Shown one piece after another: positions 1-16,351 of a DNA stretch of 64,000 bases. Made by a program: the position numbers and the translations under genes. Under the pieces are notes generated by a model. That model saw only the letters and a program-made list of their open reading frames with translations. It made no database searches and was not told where the DNA came from. The stretch lies in the NCBI GenBank assembly GCA_009914755.4, contig CP068257.2:2208001-2272000 (forward strand), written 5' to 3'. Source of the DNA: the human T2T-CHM13v2.0 reference genome, Homo sapiens. Positions within the stretch are counted from its first letter, which is position 1, and every line of letters begins with the position of its first letter.

Positions 1-215
1 TGTCTTATGACCCTGTTATTTTATCCTAGTATGTGCACTAGAGCATATTTTCTAACAGTGTAAATTGAAGGCTCACAAATTAGTTTAGTGAGAGAAAAGA
101 TAACGGATTGGAAGAGAATTACCATATTCATTAGTTGTGTTTTAAAATTTTTAAAGTAAAATAGAGACATTATTTTTTTCATGCTTTCGAATGCATCTAT
201 AAAAAATAGACTTGA

Positions 216-573
<358 letters not shown>

Positions 574-756
574 TTATTTTCACAATGTCCCAGGCTGTGA
601 AACCAGGATTTAATAAAGAACCAGAATGCCACATCTGTGTCACCTGGGTAGGGACCAGTCCTGATACATTAAGTCCGGGTCTCTGGGTAACTGGACTCAA
701 CTGCTGGGCAAAACAGAATGTCCGGCTAGGGTTCCTAACGGGGTACCGCAAAGCCT

Positions 757-782
757 CATGGGAATTGTAGTGTCACCTTCCA
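757..782 (-). promoter_or_regulatory. ZNF143/Staf-binding-site-like motif (minus strand ACTACAATTCCCATGAGGCTTTGCGG)
   Basis: Recalled SBS consensus ACTACAATTCCCAGCAATGC / TTCCCAGAATGCATTGCG: the TTCCCA core, the ACTACA extension and the trailing TTGCG match by eye. It sits at the 5' edge of the CpG island. Confidence 0.4.
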
Positions 783-1260
783 ATGATGTTACCATCAAGG
801 ACCTTGGGAACCAGCTTTTCTCTCTGCGCTTGCGCCGCCCGGCCCACTCCGCCATTTTCCTCCGGAAGTGCGGCACCCAGAGGCGGTCCTGTAGCCGGGC
901 CGGCTTGGGGCTTGGTTCTATGTCCCTGCGGGTCGGTGCAAGGGCGAAGAGGAACCCGTGGGCCTCAGGGGATCCCGGGGGGCCGGACCAGTGTTCCCTA
1001 GTTGTGGGAGCAGACGCGTGGGCACATTGCGGGCGGGCAGGGCCTGAAGTGCAGGTGCGGGCAGTGGACCCTGGCGGGGGCTGGGAGGACAGGCGTGGGG
1101 TCCCGGCAGTGAAACGGGTTCTAGAGGCGCAGGAGCAGGTAGGAGAGGCCGGTGGCCCTGGGCCCGGAGTCTGCAGGCCGCGCTCCTGTCCTGCCGCTGA
1201 GGGACCCGGTTACCAACCTGCATGACGCTCAGTTTGCCCATCTGTCCCAGTGGTAACACA
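780..1260. promoter_or_regulatory. CpG island / putative TATA-less promoter, with GABP/ETS site CCGGAAGTG (868-876) and Sp1-like GC box GGGCGGG (~1031)
   Basis: About 480 bp that is GC-rich and retains dense CpG dinucleotides (roughly 40 CpGs), unlike the rest of the window. ETS core CCGGAAGT and GC boxes are present. Transcription direction cannot be determined from sequence. Confidence 0.7.
1136..1144 (+). other. candidate 5' splice donor (GAGCAG|GTAGGAG) that could close a plus-strand first exon from the CpG island
   Basis: Consensus-like donor CAG|GTAGGA just inside the 3' edge of the CpG island. No convincing downstream partner exon was identified. Confidence 0.2.
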
Positions 1261-4144
1261 CAGTTCTCGGGAGACGTTCCCCATTCCCAGAGGAGTAGTG
1301 TGAAACGCGTGCGCCTCTAGTCTTAAACTTGGCGTTTGTATTAGTTGGGTTTCCTGGTGTCTCTTTAGCAAGTGAAGTTTCTGGTTCCCTCCTTCACTGT
1401 GTGACCTGCCTAGTCCTCCTGGGTCGCATTTACAGAAGTTTATACGAGACCTAGTTTCCAGGGAAGAACTCACTGATTCCGCGAGGGAGATGGCTTAATG
1501 GATGATGGTCGTCAGCCTTAAGGATACTTCAGTCTTAACTGTGTGTTACAAAGTTTGAAAGGGAGGGTTCCCTATGAATAAGAAGCACACTTGAAAGAAC
1601 AGCCATCTGGTCTAACCTCTCACTGGTGCTTCAGAGGAGGAAAAAAGGTCACAGGTGAAGATCCCAGTTTTCCTTGCTCAGGAAATATTAATTCTACTCC
1701 CTAGAATGCACAAGATTTGCAAAGACTAGGTGATAGTAGAAGGTTTGGACGAACTTTCAGAAGGTTGAGGTGAATTCAGCTAAGAAGAACAGGCAAGGAC
1801 TTAGGAAATATTCCTTATTTGAAGGGGCCTGAAAGTGTGGTCTGGGGTACAGCAGTGACCTGTCATACTTGAGAGGATTAAAATACTCTCCAAACACAGT
1901 CCCATTCCTTCAACCTTAGCTCGTTTTTTCCAGCGTCTGAGATATATTAAACCTAGTCCATCCCCAAATTTAACATTAGATTGCGAAGTTCTATTGATTG
2001 TATTTGATTTGTAATTTAAGATTTTCTCCCCCTACGTAATTTTGTTAAAAACACAGAAGTGAATTCTGTTCACTTAGGTGTAACAGTTAATACTTGCTGT
2101 TTAAGGAACTAATTAAAGCTTACTGGCTTATAAAAAACAACCACCATTTTATTTGTTCGAAGTTCTGTGGATCTGCACTTTGGTGTGGTGGGTTAAGCTG
2201 GGTAGTTAATATATTTGTGTTGCCTGGATCACAAAAAGGCCTCAGTCACCTGGTGCCTTGACTGAGCCTGGTTGGTTTAAGATAGTTTCCTTCACAATCT
2301 GGTGGTTTGTGGTGACTCTTGGCTAGGCCCTGTGTCTCCAACAGGGTAGCTCCAGACCTCTTCACAATTTCCCCCAAAAAGGAAAGAACCAATGGATATT
2401 TGCATCACATTTTCCATTTTCCATTCACTGGACAAGTCAGATGGAAAAGCCCAATTTATTGTCAGAGCATAATATGAGGGCTTGGATAGAAGGAAAGGTG
2501 TTATTGAGAAACATGAGTAGAATGGTGTACTGCAGGAAATACATATTATGTACATTTTAAAAAACGTAATTGTAGGCCAAAATTGCTGGTTTGCAAGATG
2601 CATTTTCCATGATGTTCAGGTATAGAAAAGCAAGATGTACTGTCATGGGAACACTCATATGTAGTTATTTGTGGAATCTACATATTAATAGGAAAATAGT
2701 TAATACAGCGCAGTATATTTCTATAACATTTATTTTAGTGAACTTATAATGTTTCTTTGTATTAAATTATTAGATTATATATTTAGATAATATTGTTACT
2801 AAATTAGTAGGTAATATATATTTTTATTCAAAAATAAATTGTGCATCTAATGTCTACCAATTAATGTACTTGTAGATGTATCTTATCTTAACTTGAGTCT
2901 TTGCTGCCCCTAATGAGGTGTGAAGGACTCTTCTCCCCTGGGGAAGTTTTTCTTTTTCAGGAGGGAGGAGGGCTTTCCCAGGTAATGTGTCTAGAGTGTT
3001 GGGCAGAAGAATCTGGGACCACACCACACCAGTTCTCTCCTTAATCCACGTCATTTGCCTTCTATCCCAGGTATGTTTCCAGTGTCCTCTGGGTGTTTCC
3101 AAGAGCAACAAGAAACGAATAAATCTCTGGTGAGTTGTTTATTTGTTCTTCACTTTGTTTTACACTGTATTTTCTGAGTTTATGGGTGTCTGTGAATTAA
3201 AAAGGAAAAGTAGAAATAAGTAAAACTCAGGTTGAAGGAAATATACATAAATAAGATAAAGCTGACCTGTAGATATAGGCAGGTTATAAGAGCTTAGAGT
3301 TGTCTAAGTTGAGTGCAAATTTTCCTCTGATCTTTCTGATGCCGAGACAAAAAAGGCAGTCATGTTTGTTATGTGATTGGAATGGAACCCGAGAAGAGAG
3401 CATGCTGTGTTCTTGTGGGACAGGAAAGCTTGCGTGCACCAAGTCTGAACCACCACCTTCATTGGTGACATAGATTATGTGCTGGAACATATTTCACACC
3501 GGCCTGGCAGTAAACACTTGTAGTGTTGTGCAGTGGAAACGGTCATCTTCCGCTAAATCACGGCGTGTTGTGCAGCGGAAATGGTCATCTGCTGCTAAAG
3601 CACAGCTTCCATCGTAATGTATGCTCCTTGCTCAAAGAGTGTGGTCCCAAACAGCCTTTGGGAGGTCCTCCTTGATTCATGGATGAAACCTGGAACATCT
3701 TGAGGACTGAGTTAACCATAGGTCCTTAAATAACTCTCCACACGTTTTTCTTAGTTTATCTCTACATGCAGGGTGTGCAGCAGCCTGTTCAAAGTCATAT
3801 TTTCTGGGAAATATTTCCAGTGTTTATTTGCACTTTAGCCCACTCTGTGTAGCCTTATTTCTTCTAAACTCACCATTAACCTGAATAATAGTCAAATTTA
3901 GGGGGACTGTATTTGCCTTACTCGAGTCTTCTACCATAGTTGAAACTGTCGTACCCGAGTGAGTTAGAGAGAAATGCCACGCATTGAGACGAATTCAGGA
4001 GTCCTTTACTAGTCAGCGACTGAGACATGGCTAACGCACGAAATTCTCTCGGCCCCGAAGAAGGGACTAGATTTTCTTTTATACTTTGGTTTAGAGAGGG
4101 GAGGGGGGATTCTAGCTGCAGCAACTTTACAGAAGAAAAAAACA

Positions 4145-4462
4145 GGCCGGGCGCGGTGGCTCACGCCTGTAATCCCAGCACTTTGGGAGGCCGAGGCGGG
4201 TGGATCATGAGGTCAGGAGATCGAGACCATCCTGGCTAACAAGGTGAAACCCCGTCTCTACTAAAAATACAAAAAATTAGCCGGGCGCGGTGGCGGGCGC
4301 CTGTAGTCCCAGCTACTGGGGAGGCTGAGGCAGGAGAATGGCGTTGAACCCGGGAAGCGGAGCTTGCAGTGAGCCGAGATTGCGCCACTGCAGTCCGCAG
4401 TCCAGCCTGGGCGACAGAGCGAGACTCCGTCTCAAAAAAAAAAAAAAAAAAAAAAAAAAAAG
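4145..4462 (+). mobile_element. Alu SINE (AluY-like)
   Basis: GGCCGGGCGCGGTGGCTCACGCCTGTAATCCCAGCACTTTGGGAGGCCGAGGCGGGTGGATCA... and a poly-A tail 4434-4461. Confidence 0.9.
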
Positions 4463-4914
4463 AAAAAAACAGACAAAAAACTTAGAAAGACAGATGGTTA
4501 CAGGAAAACAAACTGTTCCTGGTGTAGGGTCTTTAAATTCACCACAAAGTGATAGGTGAGGGGGCTCTGGGCATTATCTGCCGGACAAATGTGGGGGCTT
4601 TATGATACTATCTCTGAGTAAATTGCTGGGAACTGGGGACATCTCTTGTCTCAGCACTTTATCAGTTAATTGCACGCTTTGATATGTTGAAAATCAGCTT
4701 GCACAAGTTAAAGTCCTTGAGGAAAGGGGGTGGGTAAGGAGTCCTTGATGTCTTGTTAATGAAGGAGCCAAATGGAGTTTGTCTGGTTTTCTCAGCTAAG
4801 GGAGAGTCTATTCGTATTAAAAACAAGGTTAGCTGTCTAAGGAAGAGTCTATTCATGTTAATACAACGTTGGGTATTACAAAACGTCTGTTCATGATCTG
4901 GAAATTCTTCTGTG

Positions 4915-5330
4915 TTAGTTCTGTTAAAAGAAAAACTTTAAAGGAGTTTAATTTAGCAATAAACGATTCATGAATCGGACAGTCCCCAGAATCACAGCAG
5001 ATTCACAGAGACTCCAGTGCAGTCATGTGGTGGAAGAAGATTTATAGACAAAAGGGAAGTGGCATACCGAAATCGGAAGTGAGGTACAGAAACAACTCAG
5101 CGTTTGCCTTGTTTGAACACATTTTGAACATTTGGCAGTGCCTGAGTGGTTGAAGTTTGGCCATTGGGATTGGCCAAGATGTAGCTGTTGTTCCAGGTGC
5201 ATACTCTTAAGTTAGTTTTTCATTCTTGTATACCTATTAAGGTAGGTTGCAGTTCACCCACAAGGACTCATATATAGAATTATGGAGTCCTTCTCAGGCC
5301 ATACTTAGTTCACTTTAACAATGCCTTCCC
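4915..5330 (+). repeat. interspersed repeat copy A (LTR-like; family not recognised), homologous to 18700-19190
   Basis: About 80% identity by eye with 18700-19190 in the same orientation, e.g. shared CCCCAGAATCACAGCAGATTC...TTTATAGACAA...GGTGCATACTC...TTAGTTCAC. Confidence 0.5.
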
Positions 5331-5700
5331 TTTGGTTATTTTCTCAATTTTGAGAGATTGGCCGAAACTTCAGTCACTGGTGTCACTATTACCATTGCAA
5401 ATGTACTTACTTGGTTTAGAAACCCACTGGGAAATAGACCAGTGAGATTTGAAAAGGTGGAACAAGGACTTGAGTAGAAGGTATCTTCTTATGCTGGAAC
5501 ATCCTGTTTACAGGAGAAAAACAAAACCTGGTTTGTTCTAGGATTTATGTGTTTCCCTAAAGTCTTAGTTTGATTATGTTACATTTAGCATGAGTGACTC
5601 CATTTTGGTTTGGTTTGGTTTGGTCTGTTGGGACCTATTGCATGAGCTTAGTTCAAAACAATGGCCTCCCATAATTTTGCTTTAAAAATTCCTCCTTTTT

Positions 5701-5990
5701 GCTGGGTGTGGTGGCTCACACCTGTAATCCCAGCACTTTGGGAGCCTGAGGTGGGCAGATCACGAGGTCAGGAGATTGAGACCATCCTTGCTAATATGGT
5801 GAAACCCCATCTCTACTAAAAATACAAAAAATTAGCCAAGTGTGGTGGCGGGTGCCTGTATTCCCAGCTACTCAGGAGGCTGAGGCAGGAGAATGGCCTG
5901 AACCCGGGAGGCAGAGCTTGCAGTGAGCCGAGATCATGCCACTGCACTCCACTCTGGGGGACAGACCAAAACTCTGTCTTAGAAAAAAAA
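5701..5990 (+). mobile_element. Alu SINE
   Basis: GCTGGGTGTGGTGGCTCACACCTGTAATCCCAGCACTTTGGGAG..., A-rich tail about 5981-5990. Confidence 0.9.
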
Positions 5991-6049
5991 AAATCCTCCT
6001 TTTCAGTCAAGTTCTCACTTAGTTGAGAGTGTGACCAAAATGTAGGGCC

Positions 6050-7262
6050 TTAGCATCACTCTTAGTTACCATTGTTTTGGGTTCCAGTTATAGCATGTCA
6101 TTCCCATTGTTTTGGGTTTCTGGTTTAGCACATCACTCCCATTGTTTTGGGTTCCGGTTTTAGCACGTCATTCCCATTGTTTTGGGTTTCTGGTTTAGCA
6201 CGTCACTCTCATTGTTTTGGGTTCCTGTTTTAGCACGTCACTCCCATTGTTTTGGGTTCTGGTTTAGCACGTCACTCACATTGTTTTGGGTTCTGGTTTT
6301 AGCACCTCACTCCCATTGTTTTGGGTTTCCAGGTTTTAGCACGTCACTCCCATTGTTTTGGGTTTCTGGTTTAGCACGTCACTCCCATTGTTTTGGGTGT
6401 CTGGTTTTATCACGTCACTCCCATCGTTTTGGGTTTCTGGTGTAGCAGAACACTCCCATTGTTTTGGGTTTCTGGTTTTAGCACTTCACTCCCATTGTTT
6501 TGGGTTTCTGATTTAGCAGGACCCTCCCATTGTTTTGGGTTTCTGGTTTTAGCATGTCACTCCCATTGTTTTGGGTTCCGGTTTTAGCACGTCACTCCCA
6601 TTGTTTTGGGTTCCGGTTTAGCACGTCATTCCCATTGTTTTGGGTTCAGGTTTTAGCACATCACTCCCATTGTTTTGGGTATCTGGTTTTAGCATGTCAC
6701 TCCCATTGTTTTGTGTATCTGGTTTTAGCACCTCACTCCCATTGTTTTGGGTTTCCAGGTTTTAGCACGTCACTCCCATTGTTTTGGGTTTCTGGTTTAT
6801 CATGTCACTCTCATTGTTTTGGGTTTCTGGTTTAGCAGGACACTCCCATTGTTTTGGGTTTCTGGTTTAGCAGGTCACTACCATTGTTTTGGGTTCCGGT
6901 TTAAGCACATCACTCCCATTGTTTTGGGTTCCGGTTTTAGCACATCACTCCCATTGTTTTGGATTTCTGGTTTAGCAGGTCACTCCCATTGTTTTCGGTT
7001 CTGGTTTAAGCACATCACTCCCGTTGTTTTGGGTTCTGGTTTTAGCACCTCACTCCCATTGTTTGGGTTTCTGGTTTTGCAGGTCACTCCCATTGTTTTG
7101 GGTTCCAGTTTAAGCACATCACTCCCATTGTTTTCGTTTCCGGTTTTAGCACGTCACTCCCATTGTTTTGGGTTCCAGTTTTAGCAAGTCACTCCCATTG
7201 TTTTGGGTTTCTGGTTTAGCATGTCACTCCCATTGTTTTGGGTTTCCAGTTTAGCATGTCAC
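6050..7262. repeat. minisatellite, about 35-36 bp unit (CATTGTTTTGGGTTTCTGGTTTAGCACGTCACTCC variants), about 34 copies
   Basis: CATTGTTTTGGG recurs at 6104, 6140, 6175, 6210 and so on (period 35-36). Units are degenerate, with TTTAGCA / TTTTAGCA and CACGTCA / CATGTCA / CAGGTCA variants. Confidence 0.9.
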
Positions 7263-8535
7263 TCATAGGTTATGGTGGCCTTATGGTTGCACATTTTTTT
7301 TAATCTCTTGTCATTCCAGTTGAAGAGATACCATTTGACATTTTAGAGATGGCTGCATGCAAACTCTTGAAACATTTGAGTAAGTACAGTACACCAGGGA
7401 GACTCTTATGACTATTGGGATAACACCAAGATGTGGTATATGCTCCTTACTCAGGGTCCCCATAAATCAAACCACCAAAAATCAAATAGATTAAAGAATA
7501 AATTAGATAAAGGGTTTACTTGCTTAACTAAGTGGTTTTTTTTGTTAATTCCCTACAACCAAATCTTTATAATACCCCATGTTTTCTCCACATGCTGTAA
7601 GTGTTAGCAGCTGCACAGATACTTAAGATAAGAGTCTCATGATAGTAGAGAAGTCTTGATCTGTGATCTTGGGAAAAGCTGTTCACATTAAGGATGCCAT
7701 CTTCTTCTGGGGGGAACTGTCCGTGTTAGCTTTACCTTAAGGGTTCCAATAGGCATATGGTTCCGAGTGTGGAGGGACCCTTCTGAGTTGTGAGACTATG
7801 AACCCAAAGTTTAAGGTTTTAAAGTTTTGTTGTCATGTGGATGGCGAGGGCAGTCCTTCTCTGATGTTCTCAGAAGATCCAGTCATCAGATTCTAGATTT
7901 TGAAGGGTTTGACTGTCCTCAGTGAACCATAAAAGGCTTTCTTTACCTGGTGAAAATACACTTCAGGGTAATAATCTACTGTTTTAACATCAACTCTCTC
8001 GCATGGAAGAGCTTTTATACAATCAGAAAACATGCACTGAAAATGACAACTGAATGAAATCCCTTTATAAAATGTTTAAATGGCCCATCAGATAACCAAA
8101 TGTACCTGAAGTTTTGATTGTTTTCCTAGGAATATAGGTTTCACAAACCAAACATTGGTTATAAACTATTTTAGCAGTTTAGAAATCACCACACCAATAT
8201 ATTTAATTTGGATCGTTTTCTCTTTCTGTGATGAGTTATGGAATGCAGAACTTTTAATAACAAAAGTTTTTAAGACTTAAGAAGGATAAGGTGGCCATCC
8301 TGGTTCTTCATAGGTCTGTGCTTAATTAACATCAGACTTACATCCTCTTGAATACCAGCTGTTTCTCCAAATTAGGTGCATGGCACTGGTAACTGATGAG
8401 TAGTTATAGGTAATTTGATTTAGACCATGGAGTTTATTTAAATTATATATCTAAACAATTTCAATATTGGTGATTTAGCATGAAAATGTGGCAAAATATT
8501 TCCTTGGTATACAATTTTTGTTTTACTTGGGTTAG

Positions 8536-8868
<333 letters not shown>

Positions 8869-9173
8869 TAACTGTTGAGAATTCTTAGCCAGTCCAATTC
8901 TTGGGGTATCGGGGAACTTATGGGGAATTTTTACCCATGATATTAAAGTTATTAGAAATCTGTGTTCACGAGTGTTTTTCAGGGTCATTTTCATTCTTTC
9001 ATGAATCTTCTAAGAGACACCATACTCTAGAATTTTGCATGCTTGTGAAGTTTTTAGAAACTGCATCACCATTAAGCAATTAACTGTGAAATGACTCTAG
9101 TTATAGTTAAAGACAATTGACAAGGAAATTTGGTTATTTCTGTGGTCTACAATAACTTAATAACCATAATTAG

Positions 9174-9553
<380 letters not shown>

Positions 9554-10027
9554 TTATTTTGACAGTGCTACCCATGTGACTTAACATGTTAAATAGTCCT
9601 GTTTACCTCTCTTTTGGGTGCTTCAGGGGTCTCTGTAGTATCCCAAAATTAGAGGTCAGAAAAGACAATTTTGAAGTTGAAATTTGATTTTGGGAAGCCT
9701 ATTAAATATATTAAAGGTTTAAACACTTGATGTTATGAAATAGAATTCCACTTCACCGTAAGTCATTCATTTACCAAAAATCATGACAAAAAATTTTTAT
9801 TATTTTTTTATTTTTATTTTTTATTATACTTTTAGTTTTAGGGTACATGTGCACATTGTGCAGGTTAGTTACATATGTATACATGAGCCATGCTGGTGTG
9901 CTGCACCCACTAACTCGTCATCTAGCATTAGGTATATCTCCTAATGCTATCCCTCCCCCCTCCCCCCACACCACAACAGTCCCCAGAGTGTGATATTCCC
10001 CTTCCTGTGTCCATGTGATCTCATTGT

Positions 10028-12142
<2,115 letters not shown>

Positions 12143-12196
12143 TTACATCCCAGGGATGAAGCCCACTTGATCAAGTTGCATAAGCTTTTTGATGTG

Positions 12197-13763
<1,567 letters not shown>

Positions 13764-13912
13764 TTTGCCAGTCTGTGTCTTTTAATTGGAGCATTTAGTC
13801 CATTTACATTTAAAGTTAATATTGTTATGTGTGAATTTGATCCTGTCATTATGATGTTAGCTGGTTATTTTGCTCGTTAGTTAATGCAGTTTCTTCCTAG
13901 TCTCGACGGTGT

Positions 13913-14446
13913 TTACATTTTGGCATGATTTTGCAGCGGCTGGTACCAGTTGATCCTTTCCATGTTTAGTGCTTCCTTCAGGAGCTCTTGTAAGGCAGGT
14001 CTGGTCGTGACAAAATCTCTCAGCATTTGCTTGTCTGTAAAGTATTTTATTTCTCCTTTGCTTATGAAGCTTAGCTTGGCTGGATATGAAATTCTGGGTT
14101 GAAAATTCTTTTCTTTAAGAATGTTGAATATTGGCCCCCACTCTCTTCTGGCTTGTAGGGTTTCTGCTGAGAGATCCGCTGTTAGTCTGATGGGCTTCCC
14201 TTTGAGGGTAACCCGACCTTTCTCTCTGGCTGCCCTTAACATTTTTTCCTTCATTTCAACTTTGGTGAATCTGACAATTATGTGTCTTGGAGTTGCTCTT
14301 CTCGAGGAGTATCTTTGTGGCGTTCTCTGTATTTTCTGAATCTGAATGTTGGCCTGCCTTGCTAGATTGGGGAAGTTCTCCTGGATAATATCCTGCAGTG
14401 TTTTCCAACTTGGTTCCATTCTCCCTATCACTTTCAGGTACACCAA
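13913..14446 (-). pseudogene. L1 ORF1p C-terminal portion (N-terminal part is frameshifted, see ORF 14256-14471)
   Basis: Near-identical by eye to the recalled L1 ORF1p segment ...RATPRHIIVRFTKVEMKEKMLRAAREKGRVTLKGKPIRLTADLSAETLQARREWGPIFNILKEKNFQPRISYPAKLSFI... Confidence 0.85.
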
Positions 14447-16061
14447 TCAGATGTAGATTTGGTCTTTTCACATAGTCCCATATTTCTTGGAGGCTTTGCT
14501 CATTTCTTTTTATTCTTTTTTCTCTAAACTTCCCTTCTCATTTCATTTCATTCATTTCATCTTCCATCGCTGATACCCTTTCTTCCAGTTGATCGCATCG
14601 GCTCCTGAGGCTTCTGCATTCTTCACGTAGTTCTCGAGCCTTCGTTTTCAGCTCCATCAGCTCCTTTAAGAACTTCTCTCTATTGGTTATTCTAGTTATA
14701 CATTCTTCTAAATTTTTTTCAAAGTTTTCAACTTTGCCTTTGGTTTGAATGTCCTGCCATAGCTCAGAGTAATTTGATCATCTGAAGCCTTCTCTCAGCT
14801 CGTCAAAGTCATTCTCCATCCAGCTTTGTTCCGTTGCTGGTGAGGAACTGCATTCCTTTGGAGGAGGAGAGGCGCTCTGCTTTTTAGAGTTTCCAGTTTT
14901 TCTGTTCTGTTTTTTCCCCATCTTTGCGGTTTTATCTACTTTTGGTCTTTGATGATGGTGATGTACACATGGGTTCTTGGTGTGGATGTCCTTTCTGTTT
15001 TTTAGTTTTCCTTCTAACAGACAGTACCCTCAGTTTCAGGTCTGTTGGAGTTTTCTAGAGGCCCATTCCCGACCCTGTTTGCCTGGGTATCAGCAGTGGT
15101 GTCTGCAAAACCGTGGATTTTCGTGATCCGCGAATGCTGCTGTCTGATCGTTCCTCTGGAAGTTTTGTCTCAGAGGAGTACCTGGTCGTGTGAGGTGTCA
15201 GTCTGCCCCTGCTAGGGGGCGCCTCCCAGTTAGGCTGCTCGGGGGTCAGGGGTCAGGGACCCACTTGAGGAGGCAGTCTGCCCATTCTCAGATCTCCAGC
15301 TGCATGCTGGGAGAACCACTGCTCTCCTCAAAGCTGTCAGACAGGGACATTTAAGTCTGCAGAGGTTACTGCTGTCTTTTTGTTTGTCTGTGTCCTGCCC
15401 CCAGAGGTGGAGCCTGCAGAGGCAGGCAGGCCTCCTTGAGCTGTGGTGGGCTCCACCCAGTTCGAGCTTCCAGGCTGCTTTGTTTACCTAAGAGAGCCTG
15501 GGCAATGGCTGGTGCCCCTCCCCCAGCCTCGCTGCTGCCTTGCAGTTTGATCTCAGACTGCTGTGTTAGCAATCATCAAGACTCCGTGGGCATAGGACCT
15601 TCCGAGCCAGGTGCGGGATATAATCTCGTGGTGTGCCGTTTCCTAAGCCCGTCAGAAAAGCTCAGTATTAGGGTGGCAGTGGCCCGATTTTCCAGGTGCC
15701 ATCTGTCACCCCTTTCCTTGACCAGGAAAGGGAACTAACTTCCTGACCCCTTGCGCTTCCCGAGTGAGGCAATGCCTCGCCCTGCTTTGGCTAGTGCACA
15801 GTGCACTTCACCCACTGTCCTGCACCCACTGTCTGGCACTCCCTAGTGAGATGAACCCAGTACCTCAAATGGAAATGCAGAAATCACCCATCTTCTGCAT
15901 CGCTCATGCTGGGAGCTGTAGACCGGAGCTGTTCCTATTCGGCCATCTTGGCTCCTCCTCCCATTATTTTTTAATATTTTCTGAAAATCTTCTTTAAAGA
16001 GAGAAAGCCAAATGTCACCCACTTTTTCATAAAACCTTACAGGCAAATCTATTATTCTTTT

Positions 16062-16351
16062 CTTTTTTGAGATGGATTTTCCCTCTTGTTGCCCAGGCTG
16101 GAGTGCAATGGTGCGATCTCGGTTTACTGCAACCCCCTGCCTCCCAGGTTCAAGTGATTCTCCCGCCCCAGCCTCCTGAGTAGCTGGGATTAGAGGCATG
16201 CCCCACCATGCCCAGCTAATTTTGTGTTTTTAGTAGAGACGGGGTTTTTCCTTGTTGGTCAGGCTGGCCTTGAACTCCTGACCTCATGTGATCCACCTGC
16301 CTCGGCCTCCCCAAGTGTTGGGATTACAGCTGTGAGCCACTGCCCTGGGCC
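16062..16351 (-). mobile_element. Alu SINE (antisense)
   Basis: TTTTTTGAGATGGATTTTCCCTCTTGTTGCCCAGGCTGGAGTGCAATGGTGCGATCTCGG ... GGGATTACAGCTGTGAGCCACTGCCCTGGGCC. Confidence 0.9.

Noticed and set aside
758-1225. 155-aa plus-strand ORF (MGIVVSPSNDV…RRPAHSAIFLRKCGTQRR…) overlapping the CpG island
   Set aside because: It is open because of GC-richness (rare stop codons) and has overlapping ORFs in other frames on both strands. There is no recognisable domain. It is more plausibly promoter or 5' UTR sequence than coding
6182-7184. ORFs rich in FWV/HSHCFGF repeats
   Set aside because: They are translations of the 35-36-bp minisatellite. Openness is a repeat artefact
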